A stretch of DNA of 64,000 bases from Thermanaerothrix sp. (lineage in GTDB: Bacteria > Synergistota > Synergistia > Synergistales > Synergistaceae): assembly GCA_026417795.1 (NCBI GenBank), contig JAOACP010000002.1:1331-65330 (forward strand), in the 5' to 3' direction. This document shows positions 18,690 through 25,686 of this stretch, one piece after another. The translations under genes were made by a program, and so were the position numbers. Every line of letters starts with the position of its first letter. Position 1 is the first letter of the stretch. The notes beneath the pieces were generated by a model. The model saw only the letters and a program-made list of their open reading frames with translations. It was not told the origin of the DNA and searched no databases.

Positions 18690-19526
18690 ATGGAAGGGTT
18701 GGGTCTCCTTGAGATGCCCTGGGTTGAATGGTTCAAGGCCCTTCCGCCTTACCTGCAGGCCCTGTTAGGGGGGGCCCTCACCTGGGGCCTCACCGCCGTG
18801 GGCGCCGCCATGGCCTTCATCGGCGCCAACCCGTCAAGGAAGATGCTGGACGCGATGCTGGGCTTCTCCGGCGGGGTAATGATAGCCGCCAGCTTCTGGT
18901 CCCTGCTCTCCCCCGCCATAGAGATGTCCCAGGAGCTCGGGCTCACACCGTGGCTTCCCCCCGCGGCGGGGTTCCTTGGAGGGGCCCTATTCCTTCGGCT
19001 TCTGGACTTCCTGCTGCCCCACATCCACCCGGCCCTCAAGGGGGGACAGCCGGAGGGCATCAGGTCCAACTTGAGGAAGACCACCCTGCTGGTTCTGGCC
19101 ATAACCCTTCACAACATACCGGAGGGGCTGGCCTTCGGGGTGGCCTTCGGCGCCGCGGGCCTTTCCTCCGCCACCCTTTCGGGGGCCCTGGCGCTCACCC
19201 TGGGCATAGGGCTTCAGAACCTGCCGGAGGGCCTGGCGGTTTCAATGCCCCTAAGAAGCGCCGGGTTCTCCAGGGGGCCAGCGTTCTTCTTCGGTCAGCT
19301 CTCCGCGGTGGTGGAGCCCATCTTCGCCGCCATAGGGGCCCTATCGGTGGAGTCCATGCGGATGGGGCTTCCCTACGCCCTCTCCTTCGCCGCGGGGGCC
19401 ATGATATACGTGGTGGTGGAGGAGGTCATACCGGAGTCCCAGTCGGAGGACAACGGGGACCTTGCCACCATGGGATTGGTGTTGGGCTTCATCTGCATGA
19501 TGATCCTTGACGTGGCGCTGGGATAA
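18690..19526 (+). CDS. zupT: ZIP-family divalent metal permease (ZupT-like)
   Basis: Polytopic; ZIP signature ITLHNIPEGLAFGVAFG and GLQNLPEGLAVSMPL. ATG 18690 preceded by GGAGG (an alternative GTG at 18681 overlaps the SBP stop). Confidence 0.85.
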   Translation: MEGLGLLEMPWVEWFKALPPYLQALLGGALTWGLTAVGAAMAFIGANPSRKMLDAMLGFSGGVMIAASFWSLLSPAIEMSQELGLTPWLPPAAGFLGGALFLRLLDFLLPHIHPALKGGQPEGIRSNLRKTTLLVLAITLHNIPEGLAFGVAFGAAGLSSATLSGALALTLGIGLQNLPEGLAVSMPLRSAGFSRGPAFFFGQLSAVVEPIFAAIGALSVESMRMGLPYALSFAAGAMIYVVVEEVIPESQSEDNGDLATMGLVLGFICMMILDVALG

Positions 19527-19538
19527 CGGTTATACAAT
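19507..19538 (+). promoter_or_regulatory. Candidate sigma-70 promoter for the riboswitch-led cbi operon (inside the 3' end of zupT)
   Basis: TTGACG (19507-19512), 18 nt spacer, TATACA (19531-19536), or TACAAT at 19533-19538. Confidence 0.35.
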
Positions 19539-19552
19539 CTTGTTTGAACCCT

Positions 19553-19694
19553 CCGGTGAACGGGAAGTCCGGTGAGAGTCCGGCGCGGCCCCGCCACTGT
19601 GAGCCCGACGAAACCGCCATTGCCACTGGGGATACCTTAACCTTAAGGCCCTGGGAAGGGGCGGAGGTAGGATGAAGGCGAGCCAGGAGACCGG
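19553..19694 (+). promoter_or_regulatory. Cobalamin (B12) riboswitch, copy 1
   Basis: GGTGAACGGGAAGTCCGGTGAGAGTCCGGCGCGGCCCCGCCACTGTGA core with B12 box GCCACTG (19593-19599). Candidate P1 CCGGT(19553)/ACCGG(19690). Sits directly upstream of cbiC. Confidence 0.9.
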
Positions 19695-19812
19695 CCGGGG
19701 GGCAAGGGGAAGGTTGCCTGCGCGGGCGGGCGCCTCCGGTGGGAACGCCTTCCCTGTCTTCATCCCAGGGCTCCGGCCTTGAACGGGAAACCCCAAAGAA
19801 GGGAGGGAACAG

Positions 19813-20454
19813 ATGGTGCCCCTTAACTACGACAGAAACCCCGCCTCCATCGAAAGACGCAGCATCTCCCTGATCCGCCAGGTCTTAAGTTCCTACTCCA
19901 TACCCCAATCCATGATGCCCGTGGCGGAGAGGGTGGTACACGCGGGAGCGGACTTCTCCCTGGGAAACCTGCTGTCCGCAAGCCCCGGTTGGCTTGAAGG
20001 GGCCAAGAGGGCGCTTAAGGACGCCAAGGTGTTCTGCGACGTGGACATGGTGCGTTCGGGCCTTTCAAGGAAATACCTTTCGCATCTGAACCTGGAGCCG
20101 GTGTGCCTCATCCACCAGCACTGCACCGCCGCCACAAGCGCCGCCTGCGGCATAACCCGCGCCATGGCGTCGGTGGACATGGCAGTTCAAATGGGGATCC
20201 GGGTCTTCGCCTTCGGCAACGCCCCCACGGGCCTTTTCAGGCTCCTGGAACTTATGGAACAGGGCTTCGAACCCCTGTTCGTGGCGGCGTTTCCCGTGGG
20301 ATTCGTGGGAGCCGCGGAGAGCAAGGAGCTCATCCTAAAGAGCGGGGTTCCCTGCGTGGCTTTAAGGGGGCCCAGGGGAGGGTCAAACCTGTGCGCCGCG
20401 GCGCTCAACGCCGTGATGAGGCTGTGCCTTGGGGAGGAAGACCAGATCCGATGA
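19813..20454 (+). CDS. cbiC: Cobalt-precorrin-8 methylmutase
   Basis: VVHAGADFSL, FGNAPTGLFRLLEL, PVGFVGAAESKE, RGPRGGSNLCAAALNA. Confidence 0.9.
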   Translation: MVPLNYDRNPASIERRSISLIRQVLSSYSIPQSMMPVAERVVHAGADFSLGNLLSASPGWLEGAKRALKDAKVFCDVDMVRSGLSRKYLSHLNLEPVCLIHQHCTAATSAACGITRAMASVDMAVQMGIRVFAFGNAPTGLFRLLELMEQGFEPLFVAAFPVGFVGAAESKELILKSGVPCVALRGPRGGSNLCAAALNAVMRLCLGEEDQIR

Positions 20455-20604
20455 CCGGGGACGGCCTTAGATGAAACGCCGTTGACCAATGGCAACGGCG
20501 CAACCCCGGCCCTTATCGATTGATCGATCATCGGCGCCCGAAAAACGCGAGACCCGCCAAAGGAACAAAAGGGCCGCGAAAGGCAAAAAATTCGGGAGGT
20601 CGAG

Positions 20605-21525
20605 GTGGTTTACGTGAAGTACGTGAGGACGGTTCAGGCTTTGATCTTGGCGCTGACCCTGTGCGTTTTGGGGGTTTTCCAGGGCCATCACGGGGCCTTC
20701 GCTTCGGAGGGACACACGGTGGAGAAGAAGAACGCGGTGCTGGTGGTGGCCTTCGGCAGCTCCATGCCGGAGGGGCAGCGGGCCATAGACGCGGTGGTGA
20801 AGTCCGTCAAGGACGCGTTCCCCGACACGGAGGTGCGGCTCTCCTTCACCAGCCGCATCATCATGCGGAAGCTGGCCAAGGAGGGCAAGGTGTTCCTGGA
20901 CCCCATAAGCGCCTTGGCCAAGCTCCACAACGACGGCTACACCAACGTGGCGGTGCTGTCTACCCACGTGATACCAGGTGAGGAGTACGAGGACCTCTCC
21001 GCCACGGTGGGGGCCTTCCGGTACCTCAAGGAGCACGGCACCAAGAGCGGCTTTGAGGGCATCTCCCTGAGCAAGCCCCTGCTGTGGTCCCCGGAGGACT
21101 ACCAGCGGGTGGCCGGGATCCTGGAGAGGGCCTTCCCCCGGGTGGAAGGCAGGGGCGTGGTGCTGATGGGGCACGGGTCCCCGCACCCGGCGGAAGGGGC
21201 TTACGCCCGGCTTCAGACGGTGCTCCAGCGCAAGCGGCACGACTTCGCGGTGGGCACCGTGGAGGGGACTCCCTCCCTTGAGGACGTAACGGCCCTCCTC
21301 AAGCACAACCGCGTCAAGAGGGCGGTGTTGGCGCCGCTCATGCTGGTGGCGGGGGACCACGCCCACAACGACATGGCGGGAGACGAGGAGGACTCCTGGG
21401 TGAACTCCCTGGCCAAGGAGGGCATAAAGGCTGAGGCGCACCTCAAGGGGCTTGGGGAGAACCCGGAGATCCGGGCCCTGCTTGTGGAGCACCTCAAGGA
21501 AGCCGCCAGGGAGGCGGGCTTCTAG
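20605..21525 (+). CDS. cbiK: Sirohydrochlorin cobaltochelatase CbiK with a predicted N-terminal Sec signal peptide
   Basis: KKNAVLVVAFGSS, MGHGSPHP, LMLVAGDHAHNDMAGDEEDSW, GLGENPEIRALLVEHL align with my recollection of Salmonella CbiK. Residues 1-33 form an n-h-c signal (…LILALTLCVLGVF…AFA|S). GTG 20605 is preceded by GGGAGG. Confidence 0.85.
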   Translation: MVYVKYVRTVQALILALTLCVLGVFQGHHGAFASEGHTVEKKNAVLVVAFGSSMPEGQRAIDAVVKSVKDAFPDTEVRLSFTSRIIMRKLAKEGKVFLDPISALAKLHNDGYTNVAVLSTHVIPGEEYEDLSATVGAFRYLKEHGTKSGFEGISLSKPLLWSPEDYQRVAGILERAFPRVEGRGVVLMGHGSPHPAEGAYARLQTVLQRKRHDFAVGTVEGTPSLEDVTALLKHNRVKRAVLAPLMLVAGDHAHNDMAGDEEDSWVNSLAKEGIKAEAHLKGLGENPEIRALLVEHLKEAAREAGF

Positions 21526-21537
21526 AAAAATTATAAA

Positions 21538-22569
21538 ATGCGGCCCGGGGTAGGGGGGAGCCCCTGCCACGGGCCCTTGACCCAAGCCAACCCCTTGGAA
21601 GGAAGTGTTAAACCCTTGACCGCCAACCATGCCGGGCGCCGCCCAAGACGCCTTCCAGAACGGGCCTTAACCGGCGCCATCCTGTTGACCTTTTTATCGT
21701 TCCTGTGGCTGCCGTTGGGGGCTGTCTCCTACGGGAAACCCCTTTCGATCACCGACGACGCGGGAAGGACGGTAGCCCTTAAGGAAGCTCCAAAGCGGAT
21801 AGTGTCCCTGTACCCCGCCCACAGCGAGAACTTGCTGGCATTAGGCCTCAAGGACCGCATGGTAGGCATAGCCCAGGGGGACGACGGGGAGCTCTTCAAG
21901 GGCGTTCCAAAGCTTCCCCTAAGGCCCGATCCGGAGGCCATACTGCGCCTCAAGCCGGACCTGGTGCTCGTAAGGTCCCTCCAGCTATCCATGCAGCCCA
22001 ACCTGCTTGACAGGATCAGCCCCTTCGTGGCGGTGGCGGGGCTGGACCCGCCGTCCCCTGACGGCCTTGAGAGCTACATAATCCGCCTTGGCGTCATAAC
22101 GGGCAGGGAGGCAAAGGCCCGCTCGAAGCTGCGGGAGGCCCTAAACACCCTTGAGCAGTCCCGGCGCAGGAACCACCGTTCCCGCAAGGGGGCTTTCCTG
22201 GTGGTAAACTCCAAGGACATCACCACCTGCTCCCCCGGCAGCTGGGCCTATCGTCTGATGGAGGCCACGGGGCTCTCCCCAGCGGCGGAGGACCCAACGC
22301 CCACATCCGAAGGAAGCGCGGTGGCCCGCTTCGGCCCAGAGAGGCTCCTCATGCTGGACAAAAAGGTGGACGTAATACTGGTTCAACAAGGCCCCATGAA
22401 CCACGGAGGGGCGGCGGAGTTCCTCTCGGACCCCCGGTTCTCCCCCATGAGGGCGGTCAAACAGGGGAACGTGTTCCAGGTGGACGAGAAGATGATATCC
22501 CGCCCCTCCCTGCTGCGGCTTAATGGGGCCATAAAGGTCCTGGAGGGCATAGGGAGGAAGGCCCGCTGA
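21538..22569 (+). CDS. BtuF/FhuD-type (class III) periplasmic binding protein
   Basis: ITDDAGRTVALKEAPKRIVSLYPAHSENLLALGL...PDLVLV pattern, preceded by a hydrophobic leader with RRPRRL. True start uncertain (a TTG near 21616 is possible). Confidence 0.75.
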   Translation: MRPGVGGSPCHGPLTQANPLEGSVKPLTANHAGRRPRRLPERALTGAILLTFLSFLWLPLGAVSYGKPLSITDDAGRTVALKEAPKRIVSLYPAHSENLLALGLKDRMVGIAQGDDGELFKGVPKLPLRPDPEAILRLKPDLVLVRSLQLSMQPNLLDRISPFVAVAGLDPPSPDGLESYIIRLGVITGREAKARSKLREALNTLEQSRRRNHRSRKGAFLVVNSKDITTCSPGSWAYRLMEATGLSPAAEDPTPTSEGSAVARFGPERLLMLDKKVDVILVQQGPMNHGGAAEFLSDPRFSPMRAVKQGNVFQVDEKMISRPSLLRLNGAIKVLEGIGRKAR

Positions 22570-23657
22570 TGTCCCTCCGCTGGGGCTTCACCACCGGCAC
22601 CGCCGCCACCGCCGCCGCCATGGGGGCGGCCCTTTGGCTCCTTGGAAAGCCCTGCTCCTGGGTTAAGGTGCAGCTCCCCTCCGGCGCCCTGCTTCCCATA
22701 CCCCTTGGAGGCATTGAGCGCATCGCCGGCGGAGCCCAGGGCTGGGTCTTCAAGGACGCGGGCGACGACCCGGACGTCACCCATCTAACGGCGGTGGCCG
22801 CCAAGGTGCGCCTTTGCCGCTGTAGCTCCGTGGAGTTGGACGGGGGCTTCGGGGTAGGCACCGTTACAAGGCCCGGCCTTCCGGTGCCTAAGGGGTGCAA
22901 GGCCATAAACCCCGGGCCCTCGGCGATGATCCGGGAGAACTTAAAGGCCCTTCTTCCCAAGGGCCTTGGAGCCCAGGTGGAGATATGGGTGCCCAAGGGG
23001 GAGGAGCTGGCCCATAGGACCTTCAACCCCAAGCTGGGCATAGCGGGTGGCATATCCATACTGGGCACCACCGGGGTGGTGCGCCCCATGAGCGAGGACG
23101 CCATAGTTAAGACCATCCGATCGGAGCTCTCGGTGCTGCGGGCGGAGGGGCATCTTACGGTGTGCCTTGCGCCGGGGAACTACGGCAGGGACTTCGCCAA
23201 GGCCCTTGGATTCCCCGAGGGGCTCATAGTGAACGTGAGCAACTACGTGGGCGAGGCCCTCAAGGCCTGCTCGGAGCTTGGGTTCAGGTGTATAGTCTTC
23301 GCGGCCCAGGTGGGCAAGATGGCGAAGATAGCCTCCGGCTCCATGGACACCCACAGCTCCAGGAGCGACGGCCGCCTTGAGGCCCTCTGCGCCTACGGGG
23401 CCCTTCACGGCCTGGACGCCGGGTGGATCCGCCGCATAATGGAATGCAACACCGCAGACCAGGCGGCGGTTATGATGATGGAGACGGCGCCGGGCAAAAT
23501 GGCCCTTGAAGAGCTGTGCCAAAGGGCCAGGATGAGGATAGAGGCCGCCTCCGGGGCCCAGGCGGCGGTACTTACCTTCGCCCTGCCCCAAAGGGAGCTG
23601 GCCCGGTCCGGGCCGGTGGAGGAAATGATAAGATCCGCAAGGGGGCTTAAGGCTTGA
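22569..23657 (+). CDS. cbiD: Cobalt-precorrin-5B (C1)-methyltransferase
   Basis: LRWGFTTGTAATAAAMGA N-terminus, NPKLGIAGGISILGTTGVVRPMS. TGATG overlap with the preceding gene. Confidence 0.9.
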   Translation: MSLRWGFTTGTAATAAAMGAALWLLGKPCSWVKVQLPSGALLPIPLGGIERIAGGAQGWVFKDAGDDPDVTHLTAVAAKVRLCRCSSVELDGGFGVGTVTRPGLPVPKGCKAINPGPSAMIRENLKALLPKGLGAQVEIWVPKGEELAHRTFNPKLGIAGGISILGTTGVVRPMSEDAIVKTIRSELSVLRAEGHLTVCLAPGNYGRDFAKALGFPEGLIVNVSNYVGEALKACSELGFRCIVFAAQVGKMAKIASGSMDTHSSRSDGRLEALCAYGALHGLDAGWIRRIMECNTADQAAVMMMETAPGKMALEELCQRARMRIEAASGAQAAVLTFALPQRELARSGPVEEMIRSARGLKA

Positions 23658-24910
23658 TGGAGCTTCGGGAGATAAACGTGTTCGGCATGGGGGCCGGAAG
23701 CTTCTTGGAACTTCCGGAAGGGATCTTGAACCTCATAGGCTCCTGCGGGGCCCTGATGGGGGAAAGCCGCTTTATGGAGGCGCTTGCCCCGTCGGAATGG
23801 CAGGTGAGGCTTCCGCTGCCCTTGGGGGACCGCCTTGTGGAGGCCCTGGAGGGGGCCCCCAAGCCCCTTGGCGTGCTGGTGAGCGGGGACAGCGGCTTCT
23901 TCAGCCTGGCGCAGCGCATATGCGCCTGCTTCCCCGGCCGGGTCCGCCTTTTCCCGGGGATCTCAAGCCTTCAGATGATGGCGTCCCGCCTTTGCGAGAG
24001 CTGGGCCAACGTTCCGGTGATGTCCCTCCACGGCCGGAACCCCTCAACCGCCATGGATGAGCTTAGAAGGTCCCTCTGGGGCAAGGACCGGTGCGCGGTG
24101 CTCTTCGGCGAGGGAAGCGGCGTAAGAGACCAGCTGGAAGGGCTCTTAGGGACCCTTAAGGACCACGTTCAAGGCTGGCTGGGCTGGGACCTTGGCACCT
24201 CCAAGGAACAGCTGGTTGAAGGCACCCTTAGAGAGCTTGCGGCGTCGCCGTACACCGGCAAGCTGTGCATAGGCTGGTTCCATGCGCCGAAGGAGGGCTT
24301 CTTCGGCGAGAAGGACCCAGGGCTTACGCTCTTGCCCCTCAAGGACCATGAGCTTCACCGGGAAGACGGGATACCTATGACAAAGTTCCCGGTGCGGTGC
24401 CTTTTGTCATCCATCCTGGAGCCCCTCTTCGGGTCGAAGGTGCTCGAGGTGGGAAGCGGCACCGGGGCTTTGACATGCCACATAGGGCGCCTCGTAGGCC
24501 CCGGAAGCGTGGTCTCCATCGAGCGGGACCCCCGGGCCCTTGGGCTTTCCATGCGGAACTCCGAGAGGCTGTGCCCCTTGGGGGCCGTGCGGTTCGTCCA
24601 TGGGGAGGCCCCGCTTTTGGAGGGAGGATCGATCCTGGAAGGCCCCTTCGACCGGGTCGTCATAGGCGGCCACGGTGGGAACCTCCGGGAGGTCATAAGG
24701 TGGGCCGCGGGGCTTCTCGGGCCGGGAGGGAGGATGGCGGCGCTGTGTCTTCTCGCCTCGTCCTTCCAGTCCGCCCTGGAGGAGATGGGGGCCCTGGGCC
24801 TTAAAGCGGGCTTCATCCGGGCCTTCCCCGGGGAGGGACGACGTCTTGGGGGAGAATGGATGGTTCAGGGGAGCAACCCGGTGGACATAGTATGGGGGGA
24901 TATGATTTGA
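23657..24910 (+). CDS. cbiET: Fused cobalt-precorrin-7 C5-methyltransferase / cobalt-precorrin-6B C15-methyltransferase (decarboxylating)
   Basis: N-half is a tetrapyrrole methylase (INVFGMGAGS ... LVSGDSGFFS). C-half is a SAM-MTase (GIPMTKFPVRCLLSSILEP...VLEVGSGTGALT). Confidence 0.85.
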   Translation: MELREINVFGMGAGSFLELPEGILNLIGSCGALMGESRFMEALAPSEWQVRLPLPLGDRLVEALEGAPKPLGVLVSGDSGFFSLAQRICACFPGRVRLFPGISSLQMMASRLCESWANVPVMSLHGRNPSTAMDELRRSLWGKDRCAVLFGEGSGVRDQLEGLLGTLKDHVQGWLGWDLGTSKEQLVEGTLRELAASPYTGKLCIGWFHAPKEGFFGEKDPGLTLLPLKDHELHREDGIPMTKFPVRCLLSSILEPLFGSKVLEVGSGTGALTCHIGRLVGPGSVVSIERDPRALGLSMRNSERLCPLGAVRFVHGEAPLLEGGSILEGPFDRVVIGGHGGNLREVIRWAAGLLGPGGRMAALCLLASSFQSALEEMGALGLKAGFIRAFPGEGRRLGGEWMVQGSNPVDIVWGDMI

Positions 24911-25686
24911 GGGGTCTTGTTTGGATAGTGGGGGCGGGGCCGGGGGGCCCGGAGCTCATAACCGTGAAGGGGCTGAGGCTTCTTTCGGAGGCGGACCTGG
25001 TGGTTTACGCCGGAAGCCTCATCAACCCCGAGATCTTACGGCACTGCAAGGAAGGCGGAGAGGTGCTGGACTCCTCCAAGATGACCCTTGATGAGCAGGT
25101 TAGGGTGATGGCGGACCGGGCCGTGAAGGGCCTTAAGGTGGTGCGCCTTCACACCGGGGACCCCAGCCTCTACGGGGCCATAGGGGAGCAGATCCGGGAG
25201 CTTGAGGCCCTGGGGATCCAGTGCCGGATAGTGCCTGGCGTATCGAGCCTCCAGGGGGCCGCCGCGGCGCTGGGCATAGAGTACACGGTTCCCGGCGTGA
25301 CCCAGACGCTGGTGTGCACCCGTCTTCCCGGCAGGACCCCGGTGCCCCCCAAGGAGGACCTGCGGGTCTACGCCTCCACCGGCGCCACATTGGCGCTCTT
25401 CCTCTCCTCCGACATGGGGGACCAGGCGGCTAAGCTCTGCATGGAGGGGGGGCTTTCCCCCGACACCCCCGCCGCTTGGGTCTACCGGGCCACGTGGCCG
25501 GACCAGCGAACTGGCAGGACCACCCTCGGGGAGCTTGGACAGCGGATGAAGGCGGAGCACGTAAGCCGCCAGGCCCTGATAATAGTGGGCCGCTGCCTTG
25601 AGGAGTCCCGAAACAGCCTCCTGTACGACCCCGGCTTCTCCCACGGATGCCGCAAGGCGGGATGCCCCGAGGGGGGCGGCAATTGA
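24892..25686 (+). CDS. cbiF: Cobalt-precorrin-4 C11-methyltransferase
   Basis: VWIVGAGPGGPELITVKGLRLL, VVYAGSLINPE, RLHTGDPSLYGAIGEQ, IVPGVSS. Start taken at ATG 24892 (overlaps the cbiET end). Confidence 0.88.
   Translation: MGGYDLRGLVWIVGAGPGGPELITVKGLRLLSEADLVVYAGSLINPEILRHCKEGGEVLDSSKMTLDEQVRVMADRAVKGLKVVRLHTGDPSLYGAIGEQIRELEALGIQCRIVPGVSSLQGAAAALGIEYTVPGVTQTLVCTRLPGRTPVPPKEDLRVYASTGATLALFLSSDMGDQAAKLCMEGGLSPDTPAAWVYRATWPDQRTGRTTLGELGQRMKAEHVSRQALIIVGRCLEESRNSLLYDPGFSHGCRKAGCPEGGGN

Noticed and set aside
19530-19796. 88-aa minus-strand ORF over riboswitch 1, and the similar ORFs 29363..29689 and 29427..29669 over riboswitch 2
   Set aside because: Their shared peptide (…FRRAHSGGAAPD.HRTS…) simply reflects the duplicated riboswitch RNA sequence. 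The regions fold as cobalamin aptamers upstream of cbi genes.
20467-21630. 387-aa ORF antisense to cbiK
   Set aside because: R/P/G/H-rich low-complexity translation with no motifs, lying fully opposite a gene with clear family signatures. This is a typical high-G+C antisense open frame.
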